NCBI GenBank assembly: GCA_964389655.1
Contig: CAYMED010000002.1
Location: 1-64,000 of the forward strand
Source of the DNA: an uncultured Candidatus Poseidoniales archaeon
Lineage (GTDB): Archaea; Thermoplasmatota; Poseidoniia; Poseidoniales; CAYMED01
Length of the DNA stretch: 64,000 nucleotides
Reading direction: 5' to 3'
Shown here: positions 51,182-62,355 of the stretch, one piece after another
How positions within the stretch are numbered: the first letter of the stretch is position 1
How the letters are laid out: the number at the start of each line of letters is the position of its first letter
The notes under the pieces: generated by a model
What the model was told of the DNA's origin: nothing
Seen by the model: the letters and a program-made list of their open reading frames with translations, nothing else
The model's database searches: none
Position numbers and translations under genes: made by a program

Positions 51182-52222
51182 TCACAATGCCTCAAAAGCT
51201 TTGATTGTTCGAATGATGTCCTCGTCTGTAATATGCAAATGAATAACAGCACGAACTGCATTTTCTCCAACAATTAGGACATCAACCGCCTGTGATTCTA
51301 ATCCTTTTAGCACCACTTCAGCTTCAATATTTGCATGAATGTATATCATATTGGTTTGGACACTATTCAAATCGACAGTAAATTTCTCCATTGCATTTAC
51401 TGCCTCTGCCAAATGACGAGCTCGAGAATGATCTTTAGCCAATCTTTCAATATTATTTTCAAGAGCATAGATACCAGCAGCAGCAATAATTCCTGCTTGG
51501 CGCATACCCCCACCAAACATTTTCCTCCATCTATGTGCTTCTGCAATAAATTCAGTTGAACCGAGGAGAACACTTCCTACTGGTGCTCCTAGCCCCTTTG
51601 AAAGACAAATTGAGATTGAGTCGTAATCACGGACAATGCGAGCGGGATCAGTTCTTGTAGCAACTGCAGCATTGAATAGACGTGCTCCATCCATGTGTGC
51701 TACACAATCTGAATCATGTGCTATTTTGGCGATCGCATCTAATGTTGCTAGTGGGTAGCAAGTTCCCCCACCTCTATTTGATGTATTTTCAACACAGACT
51801 AATGTGCCATTAGGATAGTGCCCAAGACTTCCCTCCTCTTTTCGAATTGCCTTACCTACGTCAGTAGGGTCCATAATTCCGAGTGCCCCGGAAACCAAGG
51901 CAATTGAGCAACCAGAGAGTGCAGCGTAACCGCCGCCCTCGTAGACATAGATGTGGCTGGTGCTTTCTGTAATAATTTCATCTCCTGGATTGGTATGTGC
52001 CCGAATAGCCACGGCATTTGACATCGTACCACTTGAAACAAATAATCCCGCCTCTTTTCCCAGCATACTTGCCAATTTCCTTTGTAATTCTTGTACTGTC
52101 GGATCATCTCCTAAAACATCATCACCAACAATGGCGTCTCGCATTAGATCTCGCATGGCCATTGTTGGTTGAGTCACTGTGTCACTTCGCAGGTCAACAC
52201 GGTCCGAAGGAAACTCATCCAT
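51182..52222 (-). CDS. ltaE: Low-specificity L-threonine aldolase (PLP)
   Basis: DLRSDTVTQPT, SGTMSN, ENTSN, HMDGARLFNA, CLSKGLGAPVGS, GGGMRQAG. Confidence 0.93.
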   Translation of the reverse strand: MDEFPSDRVDLRSDTVTQPTMAMRDLMRDAIVGDDVLGDDPTVQELQRKLASMLGKEAGLFVSSGTMSNAVAIRAHTNPGDEIITESTSHIYVYEGGGYAALSGCSIALVSGALGIMDPTDVGKAIRKEEGSLGHYPNGTLVCVENTSNRGGGTCYPLATLDAIAKIAHDSDCVAHMDGARLFNAAVATRTDPARIVRDYDSISICLSKGLGAPVGSVLLGSTEFIAEAHRWRKMFGGGMRQAGIIAAAGIYALENNIERLAKDHSRARHLAEAVNAMEKFTVDLNSVQTNMIYIHANIEAEVVLKGLESQAVDVLIVGENAVRAVIHLHITDEDIIRTIKAFEAL

Positions 52223-52335
52223 ATGCACTAGCAGTGGGCCTCTGCACTTAGCATTCATGTGAACAGATCTAGATATTCTCTCGACCCGATCGTTGATAAG
52301 CCACCGCCATCGATAAGGCGACTCGGTTGTTCGGA

Positions 52336-55300
52336 ATGAGAATCACCGCGGAAGTGGAAGAGGTCGCAGCAAAGCCCCCTATGTGGCTTATTGAACGACT
52401 TCTAATGTCCTGGAAAGGGAGTTCAGGTGATGATGGCATTCTAGTTCTTGCTCCAAGTTCAGTGGCCCGTCGCACATTTCTCAGACATCTGATAGAAATG
52501 AATCATGGTGCCCCAATTGATCCAACAAGCGTTTTGACTATTGGTGGGTTAATTCATCGCCTTTCCCTTGATTTCGACTTACTCATATCTGATCATTCAT
52601 CCACAATTGATGAAGCCATCCAGCGCCATATTTCTTCGAAAACCGGCGATCAAATGGACCTCTCATGGTCCCGCTCCCATACGTTTCAAATAATGCAATT
52701 GCTAGATGCTTGTATACGTCATGATGCTGAAATTCCAGATGAGTGGCAATCAATAACATCTGAAATTTCTAGCCAAAGAATGAGAATTGAGGAGGTGACG
52801 GGACTTGTTCATCCAATTGATGCAATAAGTCGTATCATCAATTATTTGCGGTCAGATGATCCCCCGTTTAGTTTGAAGATTATTTCAGGGATTGTGATGT
52901 TACCCCATTCCCCTGACTTGTTAGGTGAATCCATCAAGTTACTTGATGAAATATCCCATCACCTCCCAATTCATCAGATTCTTCACCATGGTTCTATGGT
53001 TCTGGGAACGTCAGGGTGGGTGCACCCAAATTCAGAAATTATCGGGGAAGGCCAAGATCGGCCACAGTGGTTAGGGGGACAAGTCAATTTTCATCCACAA
53101 AATCTCTTGACTCCAATATTGATTCAAGTCCCTACACCCCATTCAGAAATTGAAGCAGCAATCTCTGCTGCAGTTACTCATATTGAGGGGGGTGGGGGTG
53201 AAGTCACGTTTGTCGATCCCCTTGCGCATAATCGCTCGGATATTTGGGAATCATCCTTACGAGGAGCACACATGTTAATCGATGAATCAAGACCTAATAT
53301 AAACCGAGCAATAAATTGTTTGAAAGATCTTTTTTTTCTGGCACACGCCCCTGATGCGTGGTCTGCTCGAAGATTATCTGCTTTTGCCAGTCAAAGCATC
53401 TTTACGATTGACTGGTCAAAAATTTGCGACAATGCAGCTAGTCTAGACGCTGATTTGATCATGAAATTAGGTGCAAGTGGACACATGATTGGGGGGCCCG
53501 GTGAGATTTCACGATGGGTCAATCGTCTAAGCCATCCAATTTCTTCTTCAAGAGATGATTCAGAAGCTAGATCCAAAACGCAACACGCCCTTATCCAATT
53601 AGGTAGGGTGTTGTATCCATTTTTGCATCCAGAAGACAAAATATTCCTCACGCCCTTATTACACCAATGGCCCCTTCCTCAAACACCCCGTGAGTCATTG
53701 GACCAACTTTTCATGATAGTCAAAGTTCCACCTGATACTTTTGCTAGTCTTGAATCCATACGCGAGCATCTCGATAAAGCGAGATCTATTGATGAAATAG
53801 TGGGAAATGAAATATTGATCGATCCAGAACAATGGTTATTTCGTTTTGAATATCTAATCCCTCCACCCCCCTCATCACTTCCAGTTATGACACCCTCTGA
53901 AGCGGTTGGTCTGAAAACCGACCTTACAATTGTAGTTGGTCTATCGAGTCAAGCATGGCCAATCCATCCACCTAGTATTCCACTTGTAGACACTAATTTG
54001 ATGCATCGGTTCGGTTTTCCGGGTCCCGAGAGAACACTTTCAGGCCATCGATTTTATTTTTCTTCCCTTGCAACTTCAGGAGAAAATGTGATTTTAATCG
54101 ATCCAACGGGTTGCCCCCATACATACCCATGCTTTCCTCTACACGAACAATATGATGCGATTAAATCATCAAAATCCCCTCTTCCTGCAACATTTTCAGC
54201 AAGTTCAGCATTTCCCAAAAATGAAGAATCCCTCATCCATTATCGTGTATGGGGCGAGGGGGAGTATCCCAACCCCATGGGATTTGACGAAGCCCACCAA
54301 CGCCAACGAACAGGCCTCTCACTACGAGGGGAAGGGCCAGTTATTGGGTCTATTATTGATCCATTAGCAGCCTCAATTGGGTTTGATGCTGAGATAATCC
54401 ATAATCGTTCGGGCCACCGAAGTCGTGATCCAGAAATTGATGGAATATTCCTCCATCCAAACCGGCATTCTGAAATTATTGGACTTGACAATATTCATCT
54501 AAGCCCCCGTATTAATTCAGCCCAACATCACCTCCTTGAAGGTAGAATATTTGGTGGTAATTCCCAATATCGGGTATCCGGGATTTCAGCAGACGGAAAA
54601 GAAGGAGCAAGCAAAGACCCCCGTCCTTTAGATCCTAATCCAACTGGATTCAAGGCACATGACCTCCGACAAGGACCATCTTTTCACCCACCTTATCCTA
54701 AATATTGGTCTTCAAGTCGTTTGGACTTATGGGCCGAATGCCCGCGTCGTGCTTGGTTAGAAACAGTTCTCGGTGCGCGGCAAAAAGAAAATGTGTCTGA
54801 GATAATTTCTCCGCGTGAAGTTGGTATATTGGTCCATGATGTATGGGCAAATTACCTCTCCGATCAACTACACGTTAAAGTTGGAAACTCAAGAACCACC
54901 TTTGATCCTCCTTCTCTTTCAGAAGTTGCCTTAGCAAGAGGCACCACAATTGAAGAGATGCAAGGTGAACTCGTGCACCGTCTATTCACTCGTGCGCCCT
55001 GGCTTATCCGCCAAGATGCAAGCGCGAGCACCGCTAGAATGAACTTAATTGGTCCTCTCACGAATGATGTTTCCTCCCTTATCGAAAAATCAAGCCCCCT
55101 TCCTCCTCTAGGAATGCTGGGGACTCTTCTAAAATCAGAACTTCGTTTGGGAAAACACGCAATTCTTGGGCTAGAAATCAGAATATCTGGTAAAGAAATG
55201 AAATGGATGGATGGGTTTTCTATCCCTTTCAAGGGTATTATTGATCGTGTAGATATAATCCCAAACAACCATGGTTCTTTCATCAACCATGGCGCTCCAA

Positions 55301-55815
55301 AAGAGATTGTTCCCCTCCACATACCTGTCCATTTAGTGAATGCACGCCGATGGATTATCATCCGAGATACAAAATTAGTTTGGTCTGAAAAAAGAACAAG
55401 AAATGGCGAACGTCACAAACGATCGATTCACCAAAGTTTGCAACTAGCCGCCTATGCGCGCGCTTGGGAATGTTCTCACCCAGGGGATATTGTAGTGGGT
55501 GTTGGCATTACTGAAATATCAACCCAATCTGACCATCATCTCACCCATAGTTTAGATGCAATAGACAGCATTGCAGACCTCGGGATGCCATATACTGGGC
55601 ATTTTGACACCCTACATGCCCCTTCAGATAAATTGACAGATTCGTTTAGACTTTGGCTTTCAGATCGTGTTAAGACTGCCCTAAATATCACAGACGCAGC
55701 AAGTGATGGCCGAATAATTCCTACTCCTTCAAAGCAAGTTTGTCGTTTTTGTCGCGTATCTGATGCTTGTGACTTGTACCCTTTGTTCACCCAGGGGGTA
55801 GATATTTGGAATTGA
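52336..55815 (+). CDS. AddB/AdnA-like subunit: inactive helicase-like N-terminus plus PD-(D/E)XK nuclease with Fe-S Cys
   Basis: No Walker A. WSSSRLDLWAECPRRAWL, G.LVH, KGIIDRVD, RDTK, QLAAYARA, CRFCRVSDAC. Overlaps the downstream helicase. Confidence 0.85.
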   Translation: MRITAEVEEVAAKPPMWLIERLLMSWKGSSGDDGILVLAPSSVARRTFLRHLIEMNHGAPIDPTSVLTIGGLIHRLSLDFDLLISDHSSTIDEAIQRHISSKTGDQMDLSWSRSHTFQIMQLLDACIRHDAEIPDEWQSITSEISSQRMRIEEVTGLVHPIDAISRIINYLRSDDPPFSLKIISGIVMLPHSPDLLGESIKLLDEISHHLPIHQILHHGSMVLGTSGWVHPNSEIIGEGQDRPQWLGGQVNFHPQNLLTPILIQVPTPHSEIEAAISAAVTHIEGGGGEVTFVDPLAHNRSDIWESSLRGAHMLIDESRPNINRAINCLKDLFFLAHAPDAWSARRLSAFASQSIFTIDWSKICDNAASLDADLIMKLGASGHMIGGPGEISRWVNRLSHPISSSRDDSEARSKTQHALIQLGRVLYPFLHPEDKIFLTPLLHQWPLPQTPRESLDQLFMIVKVPPDTFASLESIREHLDKARSIDEIVGNEILIDPEQWLFRFEYLIPPPPSSLPVMTPSEAVGLKTDLTIVVGLSSQAWPIHPPSIPLVDTNLMHRFGFPGPERTLSGHRFYFSSLATSGENVILIDPTGCPHTYPCFPLHEQYDAIKSSKSPLPATFSASSAFPKNEESLIHYRVWGEGEYPNPMGFDEAHQRQRTGLSLRGEGPVIGSIIDPLAASIGFDAEIIHNRSGHRSRDPEIDGIFLHPNRHSEIIGLDNIHLSPRINSAQHHLLEGRIFGGNSQYRVSGISADGKEGASKDPRPLDPNPTGFKAHDLRQGPSFHPPYPKYWSSSRLDLWAECPRRAWLETVLGARQKENVSEIISPREVGILVHDVWANYLSDQLHVKVGNSRTTFDPPSLSEVALARGTTIEEMQGELVHRLFTRAPWLIRQDASASTARMNLIGPLTNDVSSLIEKSSPLPPLGMLGTLLKSELRLGKHAILGLEIRISGKEMKWMDGFSIPFKGIIDRVDIIPNNHGSFINHGAPKEIVPLHIPVHLVNARRWIIIRDTKLVWSEKRTRNGERHKRSIHQSLQLAAYARAWECSHPGDIVVGVGITEISTQSDHHLTHSLDAIDSIADLGMPYTGHFDTLHAPSDKLTDSFRLWLSDRVKTALNITDAASDGRIIPTPSKQVCRFCRVSDACDLYPLFTQGVDIWN

Positions 55816-58800
55816 ATATTGGACAACAACTTGGTCTTGACCTTGATCGGCACCTAGTGCTAGATGCTGGTGCTGGAACTGGAAAAACAACTGTGATGGC
55901 CGAACGCTACGTCGAACATATCCTTGATCCATTACAACGTGCAGCATTAGTAACACATCGCTTAACAGAAGATGGAAAACTCCTACGTCATTGGAATGAT
56001 TGGGCGGCCTTGCTACCTGATGAAATTGTTGCAATAACATTCACAAATGACGCATCAGAATCTCTTCGGCATAGGATAAGGCAATCATTAATGGAGCGAT
56101 GTGACCTACCAGACCCGAGAATTGTTGGAAATGATGCAAAAAGAAACCTTCTTTCAAAGCTTGAACAAGCTCCAATTGGGACAATTGATTCTTTCCTTCA
56201 CCGACTTGTTAAGCCCTGGTTTGGAATATTAGGAAGCGCACCGTCCTCTTCACAAATATCCGATGAAAGCAGGGTTTTGCTCGCAGCAGAAGTGCGAGAT
56301 ACAGCGTTACGCATCCGGCACCCTTCGGAAGGCTCATCCATTGGTCTCTCGCATCAAGAAACGTCTAATTTACTACGTATACGAACGCGCTTATCCCGTC
56401 TACTTGGCGGTCGGCGTGGTCTTGTTTCCGTAATTGAAGTCTTACGCAGCCAATCTCAATTTGTATGGGAAGTAGAAGCAAAAATGCGACAACAAAGCGG
56501 GCGAAGCCTTCAGGGCTTGCAAGTTTCAGACCTCCGCGAGATTATCCTTGCACCAGTCTCAGCCCATATCAAAGAAAGTGCCACTTTACTTCATAAAGAG
56601 ATTCAGATTTTCGTTGACCTTCTTCGAGAACCAGAAGTGTGGTCTCGCCTCAAAATCGGTGATGCGGAAAATGAATCTAGAATCATTGCTTTGTTAACTC
56701 TGGAGGATCAAGCCCCCCCCCCTGATCAATGGTCATCTCTTCTTTGGTGTGGTGAGTTGGTCAGGGCACTGACTTCACAATCAAATTGGAATAAGCGCAA
56801 ATTGGAACCTTTTTCTCGTGGCTGGATCCCCCATTCATCAACAGGATGGGTGCGCGGCTGCAATGCTTTAGGAAATCTTGGTAAAAGTCAAGCGATGCAA
56901 CGATTTTTCTCTGAAATCCGAAATTCATTGAATAGAATCACTGAATTATTTTCAAATCCACAAATATTTCATGTTATACAGCAAGCACGTGATGCAGTAG
57001 ACCTTGAACCAGAGAACACACCTAAATGGCTCCATAAAGATTTGACATCGACTTCTTTTAATGAACCATTAACATCTTCACCACCGTTGAATCCATTGCC
57101 ATCTCCACAACTTTTGATTCAGAACTTAGTAGACCTTTCTGACCTCGCCCGCATACTGTCAAAAATTGAGAATCACGTGAAACAATTGCGCTTGCTAAGA
57201 GACCATGATGATATTACACGCATGGCATCTGATCTCTTGCTTGTCAAATGCCCTCGCAATTCAGATTACCTTCCCCCCTCTGTTCAAGCACGCCTCGATG
57301 AGCCAGGTGAACCATGGACTGATACGCACATTCACGAATCAATTATGATTGCTAAATCTCTCGGCGACGAAAAAGCAGTTCATAGATTATCGAAAGGCGT
57401 TGAGAGGTTATACTCCATCCGCGCCAAATTCCGCGCATTTATCATTGATGAATTCCAAGACACTTCCCCGCAACAATGGAGAATATTAGGCAGGCTATGG
57501 GGTCCAATTTCTCAAGATAATAGCGCATTGATTTGGCGCCCTACAGTAACTTTTGTTGGAGATGCGAAACAATCGATTTATCGTTTCCGCCAGGCACAAG
57601 TAACTGTCATGTCTCAAGCAACAGAGATTGTTCAGGCTGCAAATTTGCATGAACGTTCACACCACCCATTACTAACTCATTTTGATCCAACATCTTCTCG
57701 TGATCCTCGGCCTCAAGAGGTACGTCATCCAAATACGTCAATTCCTTCATCTAAAGGCGCTTTCCGCCCAGCGAATGAATCTGTAACTGAAGTAACGGGA
57801 ATTGTGAACTTTGGAGATGGTTTGGAAAAAGGAGATGACCGCTCATGGGCACGCCGACAGGCTGGAACAATCTCTTTGGATATCAATCATCGCACTTCTG
57901 GAAGATTGTTACGTACGATTGATCGAATTTTTTCGAGTGTATTTAGCCCATTCCACCATCAAACCCCAGGAGATTGGTATGCTCGCCCCCAGGGGCTTTA
58001 TCCATCACCGCAAACAGAAAACAACCCCTCATCTCTTGAGTGGCTAGTCCCCCTTCCATCACCCCCTCGAAAGCCCCTTCCATTGGGCGAGATTCGCACC
58101 ACAGTCCCTCCTCCAAGCAATATGAGGGAGATGGAACACGAACTTATTGCTGCAAGAATTCAGTCTCTATTGAATCAAGATGAATCATCTCTTGGCACTG
58201 ATGATGCAACACTACAACCCTCAGATTTCATGATTTTAACGACATCTCGCACACATCTTCCTGATCTGATGTCCCGTTTGCGTGCATATGGAATTCCATC
58301 TCAGGCAGATACACTTGGTCGCCTTGATAGGAGACCGGTTGCCCGCGCTTTACTCAGCCTTCTTTCCCTTCTTGGAGACCCAAAAGACCGTCTTGCTGCA
58401 GCTGCATTTGCAAGGTCCCCAATTGTTGGAATGGCCGAATCAGACTTTGAGCAATTCATTCTTTCAACTACAGATGAGGACGACCTTCTAGATGCGTTAG
58501 CTAAGTGCTACGATAATCAGCCTAAAGGCAACCTTCTTGGCAGGTTGTCATCTCTTCGCAGCACGCCTATATCGTCACTAGAAATAGCTCTTCGACATAG
58601 TGACTTGATGGTATCATATCCCGATGCAGAGGCGCTCTCAGATGGGTTTCAATTGCTTGAAGTTCTTCAGAAGTTGGTAGAGGATAATGCAACCGATGCT
58701 GCAACATTGTCGAGTAGGATGCGAGAAATCAGGATGTCATCTGCAAAACTGTATACCCCAACATCATCCCTCGCCAATGCAGTTAGGGTGATGACAGTTC

Positions 58801-60533
58801 ATAGCTCAAAGGGATTAGAATCGAGGGTTGTAATCTTGTCGGGCTTATTTCGTCAAGCGTCAGCTTCAGTGAATCTTGAAACACGCCCCGGTCTCTTAGT
58901 CTCTCCCGAATCTTTGGCATTACGAATGCACCCTTGGGCAGATCAAAAATCTTCGATAGAAGGGCCCCTTTGGCACCATACCAAGAGGATATCTTCTGCG
59001 CAAATAGCGGCAGAAGAACGCCGTTTGCTCTATGTTGCCGCCACTCGTGTCCGTGAACGTCTGATTATATCAGGCGCCCCAAAAGGGACTTTCATGGATA
59101 AAGAGGGTGCATTATGTCTTCCAATTGATATGCAAAACAAACCAAATTTGGGGCAGATGCTTCTTCACGCGATTCAATCAACAGCATTGGATGATAGTCC
59201 TTGGAAAGCGGTGCCTGTAGTTCAGCGCTCTAGCAAAATAATATCAAGTGCGTGGGCTACAAAGGAAAATACACGTACTTGCCTCCGCCTCAACATATCA
59301 TCCCTTTCAAGAAATTCGGGTTTCCCGGCAGATGAAGTGAAATCCGTATCTGTCTTTCATAGCCCAGGTGAATTGGGCTCGCGTATTAAGTCAGATCCAC
59401 TTCATTTAGCAAAGGCAGTTGATGAGAGAGCCCACAATGCCTCAAAAATACCTTTACAATCCCCAATAAAACGCCTACCGAGGCCCCGGCAGATTGTTAT
59501 TCATCCTTCTTCATTTGATTCCATCTCGATTTGTCCTCGGAGAAAATGGCTAGATCGCGTCCATTATCCATTGCCTCAAAATGGCATTATTCGTATGGCA
59601 ATTAGGCAGAGGTCAGAATATGCTGGATTAGCAGCAAACCGGTTAGGTGACATCATTCACCGTCTTCTTGAAATTGGTCTTGGTCTTACCAAACCCGCTG
59701 ATTCTCTGACGCCCTTGCCCCCTAGTTGGGACCTAAAAAACCCTTTTTGCGTTGACAGTCCAGAAACAATTAGACGAGCAATTCCGGGCGATTTATCATC
59801 TTCAGCAACCGCCACGGCCAATCGATTGGTTCCTCTTATTGCCAATGCATTGGCAACAGGTAATCTTGGCAATTGGTGTAAAGGAAAATCGATGGGTGGG
59901 TGGCGAATTCAGGGAATGAGGACCGAATGGCCTTTTCAACAAATTTGGGACCACGAACCAAAATTTACCGATCATGTTGAGGTTTGGAGTCCATTTGGGC
60001 CACGCAAGGTTGGCTCACCCACTTTGAAACTTGAGGTAACAGGTCGTTGCGACCTTGTTCTAGCTTTGCAGCATGAAGATGGTCGGGAGGCGTGGTTGCC
60101 GCTGGACCTAAAGACAGATGGTTCTCTTAATCATACAACTAGTGAATCTCTACGTGCAACTGCAAAGTCTTCTGAAATGTTTCCGGTTAGTTCTACTGAA
60201 AATGAAATTTTGTTTTCTCACCGCCTTCAATTGGCCTCTTACCGTCGCATCCTCAAAAATTGGTCTAAATCACGCCACAGCAACGTTCGAGATGTATTGC
60301 CGGGAGGCATCATTATCGGTACGAGTGGGCGAATTGTCTGCATGACGGATGTTGAAGCAAAACAAGCGGAAGATGACTTAGGCCCAATGCTTGAAAACCT
60401 TGTCGCTGCAGAATTCCTACCCAAGGAAAACAATGTTCTTGCTAAACGTCTTTCGACTGACCATGCACGCGTGTGCAATTCCTGCCCACACTATCTGTCC
60501 GGAATCTGTGGTCCAACAGATTCAGATAGTTAA
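55806..60533 (+). CDS. AddA/AdnB-like UvrD (SF1A) helicase-nuclease
   Basis: AGAGTGKT, AITFT, TIDSF, IDEFQDTS, VGDAKQSIYRFR, MTVHSSKGLE, EERRLLYVAATR. Nuclease ICPRRKWL, GRCD, DLKT, QLASY, CNSC.....C. Confidence 0.92.
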   Translation: MELNIGQQLGLDLDRHLVLDAGAGTGKTTVMAERYVEHILDPLQRAALVTHRLTEDGKLLRHWNDWAALLPDEIVAITFTNDASESLRHRIRQSLMERCDLPDPRIVGNDAKRNLLSKLEQAPIGTIDSFLHRLVKPWFGILGSAPSSSQISDESRVLLAAEVRDTALRIRHPSEGSSIGLSHQETSNLLRIRTRLSRLLGGRRGLVSVIEVLRSQSQFVWEVEAKMRQQSGRSLQGLQVSDLREIILAPVSAHIKESATLLHKEIQIFVDLLREPEVWSRLKIGDAENESRIIALLTLEDQAPPPDQWSSLLWCGELVRALTSQSNWNKRKLEPFSRGWIPHSSTGWVRGCNALGNLGKSQAMQRFFSEIRNSLNRITELFSNPQIFHVIQQARDAVDLEPENTPKWLHKDLTSTSFNEPLTSSPPLNPLPSPQLLIQNLVDLSDLARILSKIENHVKQLRLLRDHDDITRMASDLLLVKCPRNSDYLPPSVQARLDEPGEPWTDTHIHESIMIAKSLGDEKAVHRLSKGVERLYSIRAKFRAFIIDEFQDTSPQQWRILGRLWGPISQDNSALIWRPTVTFVGDAKQSIYRFRQAQVTVMSQATEIVQAANLHERSHHPLLTHFDPTSSRDPRPQEVRHPNTSIPSSKGAFRPANESVTEVTGIVNFGDGLEKGDDRSWARRQAGTISLDINHRTSGRLLRTIDRIFSSVFSPFHHQTPGDWYARPQGLYPSPQTENNPSSLEWLVPLPSPPRKPLPLGEIRTTVPPPSNMREMEHELIAARIQSLLNQDESSLGTDDATLQPSDFMILTTSRTHLPDLMSRLRAYGIPSQADTLGRLDRRPVARALLSLLSLLGDPKDRLAAAAFARSPIVGMAESDFEQFILSTTDEDDLLDALAKCYDNQPKGNLLGRLSSLRSTPISSLEIALRHSDLMVSYPDAEALSDGFQLLEVLQKLVEDNATDAATLSSRMREIRMSSAKLYTPTSSLANAVRVMTVHSSKGLESRVVILSGLFRQASASVNLETRPGLLVSPESLALRMHPWADQKSSIEGPLWHHTKRISSAQIAAEERRLLYVAATRVRERLIISGAPKGTFMDKEGALCLPIDMQNKPNLGQMLLHAIQSTALDDSPWKAVPVVQRSSKIISSAWATKENTRTCLRLNISSLSRNSGFPADEVKSVSVFHSPGELGSRIKSDPLHLAKAVDERAHNASKIPLQSPIKRLPRPRQIVIHPSSFDSISICPRRKWLDRVHYPLPQNGIIRMAIRQRSEYAGLAANRLGDIIHRLLEIGLGLTKPADSLTPLPPSWDLKNPFCVDSPETIRRAIPGDLSSSATATANRLVPLIANALATGNLGNWCKGKSMGGWRIQGMRTEWPFQQIWDHEPKFTDHVEVWSPFGPRKVGSPTLKLEVTGRCDLVLALQHEDGREAWLPLDLKTDGSLNHTTSESLRATAKSSEMFPVSSTENEILFSHRLQLASYRRILKNWSKSRHSNVRDVLPGGIIIGTSGRIVCMTDVEAKQAEDDLGPMLENLVAAEFLPKENNVLAKRLSTDHARVCNSCPHYLSGICGPTDSDS

Positions 60534-60621
60534 GTGATTATTGCAAGTGTCCGTCCCCCTTATTTGATGGAAAGGGATCTGATAATCAAGGAGATACATC
60601 TGATATTTCACGGCGTCAGGT

Positions 60622-61489
60622 CTATTCATCTCTACCTGCCGTTTTCTTTCTTGCATATAGTACGAGGTTTGTGCCGTGTCGCTTACGGATGTCAAGAATC
60701 TGCATCATTCTCCAGAAAATCCAGGTCGTTGATTCAAACAGCATTTTCACAAGGCTCAATGGCCGATGATACTTGATGTATGGGCGCCATATCCCAATTG
60801 AGTGGTATTGCGAGTTCTTCATCTCGGTGAACACTCTGATGGCCTCGAAACCGTTCTTCTCGAACATTTTTCGCAAACTCTTCCTATTGAATACATGAAT
60901 GTGTCGAGGTGGGTCGACACAGAACCATGGTCTTCAAATGAATCGGAAAAAATTCCGAATCCAACTCCCCTTTCCTTTTGAGATGTATTTTGACATCTAT
61001 CTCCATCCAAAATTTGCATTTGGTACTATTGTGGGAATAAGGCCCCCCGACTCGATTGATTTGGAGTGCATATAATCACAATTCCTCCATCCTTGATACC
61101 GGAATATATCGCCTTTGCAGTCTTCCCAGGGTCGGGCAAATGCTCAATTACGTGACTGCAATAGATAATGTCCCAATTGTCAATGCCCGCAACCTCTTCA
61201 GGTGAACAATTGTGAATTGTGATTTCGGAGGGAAGATGACCTTTAGCAAATTCACATACTTGCGGATCTATATCTGCAAATTCGGCTTTCAATCCCTGAT
61301 TATAGAACGCGCGAGTCATCATTCCAGACCCATCCCCCAGTCTAGTAACCGACCAGATGTCCCATCATCCGAATACGATTTGATGTTCCGAAGGATGAGT
61401 TTTGCATTTCGTTCAGACTCTCTCTCCACTGCCTATAATTTCGATTTTCGGTTAATGTATGAATCTCGGAGTAGCATCGACCATGCCAT
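60622..61489 (-). pseudogene. Class I SAM-dependent methyltransferase pseudogene
   Basis: Fragments in three frames: LLDWG/GSG, SHVIEHLPDP...ICTPN, DPPRHIHVFNRKSLRKMFEKNGF. In-frame stops at 61433-35, 60997-99 and 60934-36, plus two 1-nt frameshifts. Confidence 0.85.
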
Positions 61490-61506
61490 TTATTAATTAA
61501 CAAAAT

Positions 61507-62355
61507 TTATTTTCTAGCCTCGAGGTATAAAGACATTATTGGGTGAGTATTATCAAAAATTTTTGTATTTTTCATTGGCGTGCTTAGAGATTGTCCAAAT
61601 CCTGAACGATAAACATCCGTAAATCCAGCTTCAAAACACATTTTAGTTATCTTTTCATAAGTCCAGTAATTTATATGATATTGAGGTGTTTTTCGGTCAA
61701 ATGAGTTTTTTTCCACCATCCATTGAAGAAAGGCATTATCATCTAACTCATTCATTTTTTCTTTAATTTGTTTTGGGTGAAGTGGATCTATTACATTTTC
61801 AAAAAATCTACAACGTGCTGTGGAAATTTCCCGAACTAAAAAATCTTCTAATTCTATTTCACTAGGTTTAATATTAAATTTTTTTGTGAACCATTCGTGT
61901 CTCCAATTCCAAAAAGAATCTACTTTATTTTTAATACTATTAATGAGTAAACCCGCATCTGGACATGTAATTCTTAGAATTCCACCCTTCTTCAAAATTC
62001 TGAAAGATTCTTTAAGCATATTTTTGACAGAGTCATCATCTATATGTTCAATTGTATGACTAGAATATATTATTTCGATAGAATTGTCATTAAACGGGAA
62101 TGTTGGTTTTTCCATTAAATTTAATTCAACAAAGTCATTTTGAACTTTAGCATATTGCTCAGAACCATAATCTACATTTGTCCAATATTTGTGATTAAAG
62201 GTTCCGGCTCCAATATTCAAAAAAGATTTTTTTTCTAATGATTCATTGGAGAATTCTACATATAATTCAGAATCTTCTTTACCTTTGATGCTTTCAATAT
62301 GATATCCTAGGCTTCTAAATATTCTTCCAATTGATCGACGAGGAACAAGTCCCAT
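61507..62355 (-). CDS. Class I SAM-dependent methyltransferase (type 11-like), AT-rich
   Basis: LNIGAG, W.NVD, IYSSHTIEHI, E.FRILK.GG.LRITCPD, SLYLEARK. Confidence 0.9.
   Translation of the reverse strand: MGLVPRRSIGRIFRSLGYHIESIKGKEDSELYVEFSNESLEKKSFLNIGAGTFNHKYWTNVDYGSEQYAKVQNDFVELNLMEKPTFPFNDNSIEIIYSSHTIEHIDDDSVKNMLKESFRILKKGGILRITCPDAGLLINSIKNKVDSFWNWRHEWFTKKFNIKPSEIELEDFLVREISTARCRFFENVIDPLHPKQIKEKMNELDDNAFLQWMVEKNSFDRKTPQYHINYWTYEKITKMCFEAGFTDVYRSGFGQSLSTPMKNTKIFDNTHPIMSLYLEARK

Noticed and set aside
60622-61489. Stop-codon recoding (Pyl/Sec) or phase variation in the methyltransferase
   Set aside because: Mixed TAG and TGA stops plus two frameshifts fit decay better. G5/G6 runs are short and could not restore the ORF alone.
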